Assembly: GCA_049302815.1 (NCBI GenBank)
Contig: JBAQMM010000252.1
Span: 957-64,956, forward strand
Direction of reading: 5' to 3'
DNA: 64,000 bases
Source of the DNA: Anaerolineaceae bacterium
Lineage (GTDB): Bacteria; Chloroflexota; Anaerolineae; Anaerolineales; Anaerolineaceae
The number at the start of each line of letters is the position of its first letter. The stretch's first letter is position 1. The notes under the pieces are model-generated. The model ran no database searches. It was given only the letters and a program-made list of their open reading frames with translations, and was not told the DNA's origin. Made by a program: the position numbers and the translations under genes. Positions 29,252-38,782 of the stretch are shown here, piece by piece.

Positions 29252-30134
29252 CAACCGACCTTCGTCCAGAGCGCGCGGCGTGATGACGATCGTCCTCAGT
29301 CTGATCGGAATGGCATTCGCTCTCGTCCTGGGAATAACCCTTCTGCTAATCCGGCCGAACCTGGTAACCCAATCCAAGTCCATGGTTGGATCGGTTTCTC
29401 AGACGCTGACTACCACCCAGTCCGGTCTCAGCCTCATACAGGGCTCTCTGGATGAAGTTGAGACCAGCTCGGAGAAATTGGAAGAGTCACTCGATACTCT
29501 GAATACTTCCGTCCGAAACCTTTCTCCTCTGGTCTCGGATGTCAGTGAACTGGTCGGCACGGATATGGTAAATATTGCTACTGATGGTCAAACAACTCTG
29601 GAGTCCGCTGCTGAGAGTTCCAAACTGATCGATTCAACCCTCGAATTACTGGCTAAAATACCCCTTCTGCGTCTGGATTACGTCCCGGATGTTCCCCTAC
29701 ACACCACCTTGAAGAATGTCGCTGGCAATTTTGCCACCCTTCCCGAAGTATTAACTTCCATCAAGACCAACCTTGATCAAACATCGGTAGATGTCCAGTC
29801 TTTGGGATCAGATATTGCTGCGCTCTCTGTACAAATGGGGGTGATTAAGACCAGCCTGGGTGATGCCCGACCTATTTTCGAGAGTTATCAGGAAACCCTG
29901 ACCGGCATCCAAGCGTCCACCGCTGAGGCTGAACTTTCCCTGCCCCATTGGATCAACAGCATTACCATCGGCTTGGTGGTCCTTTTTGCCTGGGCGTTCT
30001 TATCGCAATTAATGAGGTTTCTTGAGGGTTTGGACTACCTAAAGTCTGGTACAATCCCGTCAGAGCCTGCCCTAAAATCATCCGACCCGGGTAGTGCCAG
30101 CGAGTCACAACACAGTATCAAAGGAGATTTGTAA
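29241..30134 (+). CDS. Hypothetical two-TM protein with long Ser/Thr/Leu-rich helical ectodomain
   Basis: 297 aa with TM segments near both ends. It overlaps the ybeY stop by 11 nt. I recognise no family motif. Confidence 0.55.
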   Translation: MMSSNRPSSRARGVMTIVLSLIGMAFALVLGITLLLIRPNLVTQSKSMVGSVSQTLTTTQSGLSLIQGSLDEVETSSEKLEESLDTLNTSVRNLSPLVSDVSELVGTDMVNIATDGQTTLESAAESSKLIDSTLELLAKIPLLRLDYVPDVPLHTTLKNVAGNFATLPEVLTSIKTNLDQTSVDVQSLGSDIAALSVQMGVIKTSLGDARPIFESYQETLTGIQASTAEAELSLPHWINSITIGLVVLFAWAFLSQLMRFLEGLDYLKSGTIPSEPALKSSDPGSASESQHSIKGDL

Positions 30135-30142
30135 GAGAGCGT

Positions 30143-31069
30143 ATGCAAAAAGATTTTCTCGACATCATTGATTACACCCCAGAGGAGCTGCAATCGTTAT
30201 TGGATCTGGCAGTTGGGCTAAAAGCGGAATACCAGCATGGCGGAAACCAACCCGTCCTCAAAGGAAAAGTGCTGGCAATGATTTTTCAAAAGCCTTCCCT
30301 ACGCACCCGGGTCAGTTTTGATATGGCCATGCGCCATCTGGGAGGCGATGCCCTGTATCTTTCTCCCAGCGAAATTGGCTTGGGAAAACGCGAATCGATC
30401 GCGGACATTGCTCGGGTGCTGGCAGGCTATGTGCATGGCATCATGGCAAGAGTGTTTGCTCATGACCATGTGCTTAAATTAGCCCAATGGGCGAATATCC
30501 CGGTTATTAACGGACTGAGCGATTACAGCCATCCCTGCCAGGCAATGGCAGACGCATTAACCATTTATGAGAATTTTGGTCGTCTCAAAGGCGTTAATGT
30601 CACTTATGTCGGCGATGGAAACAACGTAGCGGTTTCACTGATGCAAATTTGCGCCAAGCTTGGTTCAAACTTTACCATTGCCAATCCGGAAGGCTATGGA
30701 ATGCCTTCGCAGGCAACCACCACAGCGCAAGGAATCGCTGATCAAAGCGGCTCCAAGCTCACTTTCTTGCGTGATCCTCACCAAGCTGTAGAGTATGCTG
30801 ATGTGATCTATACCGACACCTGGACGAGCATGGGTCAGGAAGAGGAAACCGCCAAGCGGGAGAAAATCTTCCCACCCTACCAGGTGAATGACCAACTGGT
30901 ATCTGAAGCCAATCCGGATGTGATCGTCATGCATTGTCTGCCGGCGCATCGCAACCAGGAACTGACCGATTCCGTCGCGGACGGTCCTCACTCAAGGATT
31001 TTCCCGCAGGCACACAACCGTCTCCATGCCCAAAAAGCCATACTCTACGCACTGATGAAAGGTGACTAA
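30143..31069 (+). CDS. argF: Ornithine carbamoyltransferase
   Basis: It has SLRTRVSF (STRTR-type carbamoyl-phosphate site), HPCQ, DTWTSMG and HCLP. Confidence 0.93.
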   Translation: MQKDFLDIIDYTPEELQSLLDLAVGLKAEYQHGGNQPVLKGKVLAMIFQKPSLRTRVSFDMAMRHLGGDALYLSPSEIGLGKRESIADIARVLAGYVHGIMARVFAHDHVLKLAQWANIPVINGLSDYSHPCQAMADALTIYENFGRLKGVNVTYVGDGNNVAVSLMQICAKLGSNFTIANPEGYGMPSQATTTAQGIADQSGSKLTFLRDPHQAVEYADVIYTDTWTSMGQEEETAKREKIFPPYQVNDQLVSEANPDVIVMHCLPAHRNQELTDSVADGPHSRIFPQAHNRLHAQKAILYALMKGD

Positions 31070-32267
31070 CTTGAACTCCCAGTATTACATTGATCTTGAA
31101 GATAAATACGGCGCCCACAATTACAAACCCCTCGATGTAGTCCTCACCAAAGGTCAAGGCGTATGGGTGGAAGACGTGGACGGAAAACGTTACCTGGATT
31201 GCCTCAGCGCCTATTCCGCCCTCAACCAAGGTCATTGCCATCCCAAGATTGTCAAGGCAATGACCGATCAGATCCAGAATATTGCCCTGACCTCGCGGGC
31301 ATTCCGCAACGACAAACTTGGCTTGTTTTACAAAAAACTCTCCGACATGACCGGTTACCAGATGAGCCTGCCCATGAACAGCGGCGCTGAAGCGGTTGAA
31401 ACAGCCATCAAGGTCGCTCGCAAATGGGCATACGTCATCAAGAAGGTTCCCAAGTACGAAGCGGAGATCATCGTAGCCTCAGGGAACTTCCACGGTCGGA
31501 CGGTGACGATCGTCTCATTCTCAACTGAACCTCTGTATAAGGATGCCTTTGGTCCCTTCACCCCTGGGTTTAAGACTGTCCCCTATGGCGATTTGGAGGC
31601 AATTAAGGCAGCCATCACTCCCAACACCGCCGCTGTCATGCTTGAGCCAATTCAAGGTGAGAATGGCGTCATTATTCCTCCGGATGGATACCTTAAAGGT
31701 GTTTCCGAAGTGTGTAAAGAAAACGACATCCTTTTCATCGCTGACGAAATTCAAACCGGTCTCTGCCGTACCGGTAAGTTGTTTGCCGCGCAATATGAAA
31801 ATGTCCGTCCGGACATGACCATCATCGGCAAAGCCTTATCCGGCGGCATGTATCCCATTTCCGCTGTCCTGGCAGATGAACCGATCCTGGGATTGATCGT
31901 GCCCTCCGAACACGGCTCCACCTTCGGGGGAAGTCCGCTCGCCTGCGCAGTCGGTCTGGCCGCTTTGGAAGTCCTGGAAGAGGAAAAACTGGCTGATCGG
32001 GCTTACGAGCTGGGCAATTACTTCATTGAGCAATTGCGCCTGATTAACAGCCCCCATATTAAGGAAGTTCGCGGTCGCGGCTTGTTGATTGGTGTGGAAT
32101 TGACACCTGAAGCCGGCGGGGCAAGGAAGTATTGTGAAGCCCTGCAGGCAGAAGGTATCCTTGCCAAGGAAACCCATGAGCATGTGATCCGGTTCGCCCC
32201 GCCCTTGGTAATCGATCAAGCCACGCTGGATTGGGCGATCCCACGCATTGCCAAAGTGTTAAGTTAA
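31062..32267 (+). CDS. rocD: Ornithine--oxo-acid aminotransferase
   Basis: It has [39 protein letters not shown] and HGSTFGG. The start is GTG 31062 or TTG 31071. Confidence 0.9.
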   Translation: MTNLNSQYYIDLEDKYGAHNYKPLDVVLTKGQGVWVEDVDGKRYLDCLSAYSALNQGHCHPKIVKAMTDQIQNIALTSRAFRNDKLGLFYKKLSDMTGYQMSLPMNSGAEAVETAIKVARKWAYVIKKVPKYEAEIIVASGNFHGRTVTIVSFSTEPLYKDAFGPFTPGFKTVPYGDLEAIKAAITPNTAAVMLEPIQGENGVIIPPDGYLKGVSEVCKENDILFIADEIQTGLCRTGKLFAAQYENVRPDMTIIGKALSGGMYPISAVLADEPILGLIVPSEHGSTFGGSPLACAVGLAALEVLEEEKLADRAYELGNYFIEQLRLINSPHIKEVRGRGLLIGVELTPEAGGARKYCEALQAEGILAKETHEHVIRFAPPLVIDQATLDWAIPRIAKVLS

Positions 32268-32286
32268 GCTTGAAAGGCAAATCACC

Positions 32287-33729
32287 ATGAACAGGTTCGC
32301 AAAAATTGTCGCAACGTTAGGTCCAAGCAGCGCGGATGAAGCAAAAATCCGTGAGTTGGTGGAAGCCGGTATGGATGTTGCCCGGCTCAACTTTTCCCAC
32401 GGCTCCCACGAAGATCATGCTGAGAAGGTGCAGATTCTCCGCAAACTTTCTGCCGAACTTGGCAAACCCCTGGCAATTTTGATGGACCTGCAAGGTCCAA
32501 AGCTGCGCATTGGCGATCTTCACGCGGATCACCTGAACTTGAAATCCGGGGAGGAAGTCGCCTTGAGCTCTTCTGAAAATCCTGGGAACGTCAGGGATGG
32601 TACGGTTTTCATCCCCTTTGACGTTCCCAAGCTCCACGAAGCCCTCAGCCCGGGCAATCACATCCTGATGGACGACGGGCAATTGGAGTTTGAAGTCACC
32701 GAGCTCGATGGAGAGACTATTTACGCCAAAGTCATCCTGGGCGGAAAATTAAAATCCCATAAAGGCGTCAACCTGCCCGGATCCAATCTCGATATACCCT
32801 GTCTCACGCCCAAAGACCTGGAAGACCTGGAGTTTGGCTTGTCACTGGGTGTTGACCTGGTAGCCATTTCGTTTGTCAAGCAGGCAGCGGATATTTTGAC
32901 CGTGCGCGAGACCATGCGTAGAATGACCCATGCCAAATTCCTGCCTCCCATTGTTGCCAAGTTGGAACGACCTGAAGCGATTGCGAACCTGGATTCCATT
33001 ATAGAAGCCACGGATGGGGTCATGGTCGCACGAGGGGACCTTGGTGTAGAGATGTCCCCCGCCGTGGTACCTTCAGCACAAAAAGCCATCATCAAGGCAG
33101 CTAATCTGCGGGGTAAGTTCGTCATCACTGCCACCCAAATGCTCGAATCCATGATCAACAACCCCAGACCAACGCGCGCTGAGGCGGCTGACGTCGCCAA
33201 TGCCATTTTTGATGGCACTGACGCAGTCATGCTATCGGCGGAATCTGCGGCAGGTAAATTCCCTGTGCAGAGCGTAAAAATGATGGACTCGATCATTAGG
33301 GAGTCCGAAAAACATTTGGATGAATGGGGTAACCTGGACAGCCTGGTCAACACCACAAAAATTGATGATGTGATTTCGATTTCCCGTGCTGCCAAAGAAT
33401 TGACCGAAGGTGGCAAAGTTTCCGCCATTGTCGTTTTCACCATTTCTGGCATGAGCGCCTTGTGGATGTCCAAGACCAAACCGCCCGTCCCTATCTATGC
33501 ATTCACGCCCGAAATTACCACCTACCATTGGCTGGGAATTGCCTGGGGTGTTACTCCGCTGTTGGTTCCCCACGCGGATACGCTCGAGACTATGATCAAG
33601 CACGTGGAGACTGCCATCACGTCCTCCACGCCCTTAAGCGCCGGCGATCAGGTAGTGGTGATCACAGGCTTCCCCGTTGGCGAGTTCGGCAAACCCAACC
33701 TGATTTTGCTCTACACCATCAGGGGATAA
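32287..33729 (+). CDS. pyk: Pyruvate kinase
   Basis: It has KIVATLGPSS, NFSHG, MVARGDLGVE and ATQMLESM. Confidence 0.95.
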   Translation: MNRFAKIVATLGPSSADEAKIRELVEAGMDVARLNFSHGSHEDHAEKVQILRKLSAELGKPLAILMDLQGPKLRIGDLHADHLNLKSGEEVALSSSENPGNVRDGTVFIPFDVPKLHEALSPGNHILMDDGQLEFEVTELDGETIYAKVILGGKLKSHKGVNLPGSNLDIPCLTPKDLEDLEFGLSLGVDLVAISFVKQAADILTVRETMRRMTHAKFLPPIVAKLERPEAIANLDSIIEATDGVMVARGDLGVEMSPAVVPSAQKAIIKAANLRGKFVITATQMLESMINNPRPTRAEAADVANAIFDGTDAVMLSAESAAGKFPVQSVKMMDSIIRESEKHLDEWGNLDSLVNTTKIDDVISISRAAKELTEGGKVSAIVVFTISGMSALWMSKTKPPVPIYAFTPEITTYHWLGIAWGVTPLLVPHADTLETMIKHVETAITSSTPLSAGDQVVVITGFPVGEFGKPNLILLYTIRG

Positions 33730-34039
33730 CCTACCCCCAACAAGAGCGACAAAAAAGACCGGCAGTTCAAAGGTAGTGGCTATTACTATAAAAAATTCCG
33801 TCAGAATTGGTTTCACAGCCGTTTACTTCTGTTATGCCGCAGCGATCAGGCTCCTCTGGTAATACTTCAAGGCTCTGCATCGTTTTCACAATGAAACTTG
33901 AGGATGAAGTATCAAATCGCATTATTGAGGAATTAAATCCAGCAATACACTTTTAAGGATTAAATCTTAATATTTGTTAATTTCCAACTTATTTTCAATT
34001 GACGATAAACGGCTTCTTTTTCTATCCAATTTTGAAAGA

Positions 34040-34112
34040 AAGTGTAAATAGAGCGTATCTAGATTAACACTTACTGCAAAATATGTAAATAAGCTCTGTT
34101 GTATTTACACTT
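34040..34112. repeat. 11 bp perfect inverted repeat AAGTGTAAATA / TATTTACACTT separated by 51 bp, inside a very AT-rich gap
   Basis: The left arm is 34040-34050 and the right arm is 34102-34112. A third related copy, TATGTAAATAAGCTC, lies at about 34082. Flanking GAGC/GCTC extend the symmetry imperfectly. Confidence 0.5.
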
Positions 34113-34238
34113 GATGTAATTCTTACCTGGTATCCATGTGTAAGAAAAAATGACCTACCTCGTGCGTTTGCGATACACAGGCGTAGTGGGTACTTTGAGT
34201 TAGATTATAGCGCTTCTCACCTATCAAAGAGATTGCAT

Positions 34239-34759
34239 TCAGGATAATAAAGGCATGATTTGAAATGACACCACCGCAATTAATAATAGTGACAAACCGG
34301 GTATTTTATGCAAAACAAACCGAACTTTCGTAACCAAAAAACAAATTGCCAGCCTTATGGTTGCAATCACATGGACAATCAAGAAAGCAAATAAACAGGT
34401 CAACCCAAGGTAAATTAAAATTAATGCCATAGCGACAACCACATTCGCCCCGCCCCACTACTTTACCTCCCAAGCAGCCCAAAAGCCAAGGAGCACAAGA
34501 GCTGCAAATGGTAAGACTTGACTTGAATTGAAAGATATGCACCCAAAAATAACAATGGGAACCACGTGATCATTCGACCGATCTTTTCCCGTCCAAATAT
34601 CTGAGATGTTCTTTCTCGCTCACTAACAACTGCAATCAAACCTGCGGGCAGTACCAATGGCCGCTCACCCTGGATTACTCTAAATGTTCCAGCTCTGAGA
34701 GATGGAATAATTCTTATGGCGCGTTGCCGGCCTTTTTGATTTTTTATGCTGGCGATCAT
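34239..34759 (-). pseudogene. Hypothetical membrane protein, apparently interrupted (three overlapping minus-strand ORF pieces in different frames)
   Basis: ORFs 34463-34759, 34306-34542 and 34239-34442 each carry hydrophobic TM-like stretches and tile the region in different frames directly downstream of korB. The N-terminal piece starts 5 nt after the korB stop. Confidence 0.3.
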
Positions 34760-34764
34760 CAGAA

Positions 34765-35808
34765 TCAGTGAAGCGCTTCGTTAATCCGATCCAGCGCAGC
34801 GGCGTTTGGACGAATCCGGTCAGAACTTAGCCGGTTCAGGGGCTCTTCCACCAGGTCAAACAAATCATGCACGGTGGTGTTGGAAGGTTCGATGTAAATC
34901 AAGCCGGTGGCGAAATAATGGTTCTTATATGACTCGGTCAAAAGGTCGAGCGCCGTATTTTTGTCGGTCGGATCGTAATCGCGTTGGATTTTCTTGAGCA
35001 GGATCGTGGATCCATCATGCAGTTTCACTTCCTTGATGCTACCGTCATCAGATTGCTCTAGTATGATTGGCTCGCGGCGTGGAATGAAGGTAATGTCTTG
35101 GATGGGTGCTTCATTTTCACGTCCCCAGGTATACGATTGCAATGCGTCATCGCGATTGTTGAAGGTAACGCAGGGACTGATCACATCGATCACCGCGATC
35201 CCATCGTACATGATTGCCGCTTTGATCAGTTCCTTCATCTGCTTGATATCCCCCGAAAAAGCGCGCGCCACAAATTTGGCGCCGCTGATGAGGGCTTCCA
35301 TGCACAAATCCAGCGGCGGCAGGTAATTTTTTCCCTGATGCCTGAGTTCCAATCCCAGATCGGACGTGGCGGAAAACTGTCCCTTGGTTAGACCATAAAC
35401 ACCGTTATTCTCGATCAGGTAGACCATGGGAACATTGCGCCGGATGAGGTGTTTGAAATGCCCCAAGCCGATGCTGGCAGTATCACCATCTCCTGAAATG
35501 CCCAGGATTTTGATGCGGGTATCGGCAAACGAAGCGCCGGTCGCCACGGGGGGCATCCGGCCATGCAGACCGTTGAATCCGAACGACCGCTGCAAAAAGT
35601 AATTCAAACTCTTGCTGGAGCAGCCAATGCCGCTAAACTTAGCCACCATCTCAGGCATCAGTCCAAGTTCATACACGGCGGTTTGCACCTGATTTGAAAC
35701 AGTATTGTGCCCGCAACCGGGGCACAAGGTGGATGGTTTGCCGCGGTAATCAATCGGTGATAAGCCGACCAAGTTTCGTTCCACCTTTTGTGCTTGTACG
35801 TTATCCAT
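34765..35808 (-). CDS. korB: 2-oxoacid:ferredoxin oxidoreductase beta subunit (TPP-binding)
   Basis: It has CPGCGH and the GDGD...IENNGVYGLTKGQ TPP motif. ATG 35808 is 1 nt after the korA stop. The tracked start at 35829 is an alternative. Confidence 0.9.
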   Translation of the reverse strand: MDNVQAQKVERNLVGLSPIDYRGKPSTLCPGCGHNTVSNQVQTAVYELGLMPEMVAKFSGIGCSSKSLNYFLQRSFGFNGLHGRMPPVATGASFADTRIKILGISGDGDTASIGLGHFKHLIRRNVPMVYLIENNGVYGLTKGQFSATSDLGLELRHQGKNYLPPLDLCMEALISGAKFVARAFSGDIKQMKELIKAAIMYDGIAVIDVISPCVTFNNRDDALQSYTWGRENEAPIQDITFIPRREPIILEQSDDGSIKEVKLHDGSTILLKKIQRDYDPTDKNTALDLLTESYKNHYFATGLIYIEPSNTTVHDLFDLVEEPLNRLSSDRIRPNAAALDRINEALH

Positions 35809-35809
35809 T

Positions 35810-37657
35810 TTACCTCTGCTCCCTGGCAAGAATTTGATCCTTGGCCCAAATGGCGGTCATCGGCAGACCGCCAATCTCCGTGATGGAGATCAGCTTCTCG
35901 TAATGTTGTGAATCTTCCAATTTCAAGATCGAACACAGTTGACCGTCGCGGTTTAATTCCAGGACATAACAGCGTTCGTGACTGCCAATAAAGCCATGCA
36001 CCTGATCGTTACTCGGCAGCGAGCGGATGCGCAAGTAATCCACTGGCAAGCCCGCCTCCGCCAGCATATCTTGAGCTTCGCTCATTGCCGGCTCGGTGGA
36101 GCCCATGCCGATCAGCCCAATCCTGGCACCTTCTTTTTCCCTGATTACCGGTGCAGGCAGGTCTTTCACCACATTTTGTAGCTTCTTCTTTATTCTGAGC
36201 AGCATATCTGTCCAGTTTTTGGGATCCTCGCTGTAATTGCCATAGACATCATGACCGGTACCCCGGGTGAAATACGGCGCGGCCGGGTTTTGATTGCCCA
36301 TGACCGTGCGGTAAGGAATCCCATCCCCATCAAAGTCAAGGTAGCGCCCCCATTTGCCTTCAAACCTGGCCATGTCTTCCTCCCAGATGATTTTCCCCCG
36401 GTCAATCGGTCGGTCTGGATAGTCGAATTTTTTGGTGATCCATTGGTTCATCCCCAGGTCCAGGTCACTCAAAACGAAAATGGGGGTCTGGTAATGCTCA
36501 GCCAGATCGAAAGCCTTCCAACCGAATTCAAAACATTCATTAACGCTCCCCGGGATAAGGATAACGTGGCTGACGTCCCCGTGTCCCAGATAATAAACCA
36601 TGGAAAGATCTCCCTGGGCGGTTCGGGTGGGCAAACCCGTGCTCGGACCAACCCGCTGGACATCCCAGATTACAACTGGTGTTTCGGTAAAGTATGCCAG
36701 ACCAACGTTTTCCGTCATCAGGCTGAGCCCCGGACCGGAGGTGGAAGTCATCGCCCTAAGCCCCGCCCAACCAGCGCCAATGGCAGCACCTATAGCCGCC
36801 AATTCATCTTCCACCTGTAAAATCGCGCAGGTGTTCTTACCAGATATGGGATCTTTGCGCAGATTTGGATTGTGAACGATCATGTCCTCCACCATGCTTG
36901 AGGCTGGCGTGATGGGGTACCAGGAGCAAAACTCCACCCCACCAAAAAGCGATCCCAAGGCTCCGGCATTGTTGCCGTCCGTCAGGATGCAATCATCGAG
37001 AGGAGGAAGTTGCCGCACATAAAAACGATCCCGCTTCTCAAGATTGGCAGCCGCCCACTCATATCCAAGCTTTACCATGTTCAAGTTCGATTCGGCCGCG
37101 GCAGGCTTGGAAGCAAAGTGTTTGCCTAAAGCATAGGCAATACTCTCCAGAGTGATGCCAAGCACTTGACCCACGATGCCAACATAAGTCATGTTCTCCA
37201 TATAATCGCGCATGTTGCGGGGAACACCCGCCTGTTTGACCAGGGATCGGATGGGCATGGGATAAAAGATCAGGTCACTTCTGGCATCTGCAGGTTTCTG
37301 GATATGATCCGCGTAAAAAATCACCCCTCCTTCAGGAAGATAAGTGAGATCCTCCAGGAAGGTTTCCTGATTCATCGCAACAATAATGTCATCGTAGGGT
37401 ACCCTGCCGATGTAACCCTTTTCTGATGCCCGGATCACGAACCAGGTCGGCAGCCCCTTGATATTGGAGGGAAAGATGTTTTTTCCTGAAGTAGGAATCC
37501 CCATTTTGAATAAGGCACCATACAGGGTACTGTTAGCAGTCGCACTGCCGGAGCCGTTTACGGTACAAATCGTCATGCAAAAATCATTGACGATCGGTGC
37601 CAATCCATCCTGAGATTTTGTGTCAGCCATAATCATTGCAAATTCTCTCCTCTTCAT
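35810..37657 (-). CDS. korA: 2-oxoacid:ferredoxin oxidoreductase alpha subunit (fused gamma-alpha type)
   Basis: 615 aa with an N-terminal gamma-like domain (TICTVNGSGSATAN) and a pyrimidine-binding domain (YPITPAS...). Confidence 0.9.
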   Translation of the reverse strand: MKRREFAMIMADTKSQDGLAPIVNDFCMTICTVNGSGSATANSTLYGALFKMGIPTSGKNIFPSNIKGLPTWFVIRASEKGYIGRVPYDDIIVAMNQETFLEDLTYLPEGGVIFYADHIQKPADARSDLIFYPMPIRSLVKQAGVPRNMRDYMENMTYVGIVGQVLGITLESIAYALGKHFASKPAAAESNLNMVKLGYEWAAANLEKRDRFYVRQLPPLDDCILTDGNNAGALGSLFGGVEFCSWYPITPASSMVEDMIVHNPNLRKDPISGKNTCAILQVEDELAAIGAAIGAGWAGLRAMTSTSGPGLSLMTENVGLAYFTETPVVIWDVQRVGPSTGLPTRTAQGDLSMVYYLGHGDVSHVILIPGSVNECFEFGWKAFDLAEHYQTPIFVLSDLDLGMNQWITKKFDYPDRPIDRGKIIWEEDMARFEGKWGRYLDFDGDGIPYRTVMGNQNPAAPYFTRGTGHDVYGNYSEDPKNWTDMLLRIKKKLQNVVKDLPAPVIREKEGARIGLIGMGSTEPAMSEAQDMLAEAGLPVDYLRIRSLPSNDQVHGFIGSHERCYVLELNRDGQLCSILKLEDSQHYEKLISITEIGGLPMTAIWAKDQILAREQR

Positions 37658-38337
37658 TCGAATCGCTGCTGTAATTCCGCCTTTTTGCGCTGTTTGAATA
37701 AGTCCATATGGGCTGTCAGTGCCTGAAATCCTTTTTCAAATTCACGCGCTTCCAACGCGTCAACAATGCGTTGATGGTAATTCCAGACTGTTTCCAGATA
37801 GTTTTGATCCAGGTAGTAGTTGACTTCCGCCTGTGCGTACAATTCCCAATAAGTCTCCAATATGCTGAGAACAACCGGATTGTTCAATCGCTGAAAGATG
37901 GTCAGGTGAAAAGCGCGATGTTCCGACTCGGGCACCTGGATCGGTTGCTCATGAATTTTCTGGGTGGCAGTCTTAACCAGCTGGTTAAGACTGGCGATAT
38001 CAGGTCTGTTGAGCAGCGCAGCCGCTTCGTACCAGTAACTTGTTTCAACATGTTTCCGCAGATCACCGTAAGACTCAAATAGGTGGGGCTGCACTTTGAT
38101 GCCATAACGCATGCCAAGTTCTAGGGGTTGGGTCAGGGAAAAAGCACGGGTTTGAATTCCCACCTTTGGTTTCACATCCACAAAACCAAGGCTCCTCGCC
38201 ACTTCCAATTGTTCCCGGACGCTTGAAACACTGATCCCCAGTTCCTGGCTCAACTCAGGAATACTTGGAATTTTGGCATGCTTCTTGGAAGCTTCAGCCA
38301 GATATTCAAGTAGATCAACTTTGATTTTTGGGTTCAT
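37654..38337 (-). CDS. GntR/FadR-family transcriptional regulator
   Basis: 227 aa with an N-terminal winged HTH (IPSIPELSQELGISVSSVREQLEVARSLGFV) and a FadR-type all-helical C-domain. It overlaps korA by 4 nt. Confidence 0.87.
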   Translation of the reverse strand: MNPKIKVDLLEYLAEASKKHAKIPSIPELSQELGISVSSVREQLEVARSLGFVDVKPKVGIQTRAFSLTQPLELGMRYGIKVQPHLFESYGDLRKHVETSYWYEAAALLNRPDIASLNQLVKTATQKIHEQPIQVPESEHRAFHLTIFQRLNNPVVLSILETYWELYAQAEVNYYLDQNYLETVWNYHQRIVDALEAREFEKGFQALTAHMDLFKQRKKAELQQRFE

Positions 38338-38420
38338 TGTGATTAATCTGATTAATCGTATTATTGATCTGGATTATACTTCTGTCTCATCGAATCAGTC
38401 AAGTTGTACAAGCATCTGGC

Positions 38421-38614
38421 GGCAATTCTCACTATGGATTTGTCAAAATCCATCCAAAGTAATTTTCGTAAATCAAGTGACCACTGACGAGGCTTATTTC
38501 ATCTAAACGAACAAACCGCTTGAAACACGCTTCGTCTGGACGAAAGTGATAGGAATATTGAGGTAATGTTGCCAGAATCCCCAAAGAGCTTTTCCATATT
38601 GAGAATTGCTGAGT
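38421..38614 (+). mobile_element. MITE-like non-autonomous element, copy 2 (194 bp)
   Basis: ATCTGGC direct repeats lie at 38414-38420 and 38615-38621. The terminal inverted repeats are gGCAATTCTCAcTATGGa (left) and the reverse complement of the right end, actcaGCAATTCTCAATATGGa. It shares a 44 nt perfect block (ATTTGTCAAAATCCATCCAAAGTAATTTTCGTAAATCAAGTGAC) with copy 1. Confidence 0.7.
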
Positions 38615-38782
38615 ATCTGGCCATTTTGTGAGATATATCGTTAAGACTCAGCCATTGGTCCCCTTGTCTGGCTCAATCAGGGTCAATTTGTCTGTATTTG
38701 ATGCGTTTCCTGTCGTTAAGCGCGTCTGTACGGTAAAATCTAAGTTCTTATTGCCATTATTGAGGCGTGTCATCATCTGTCT

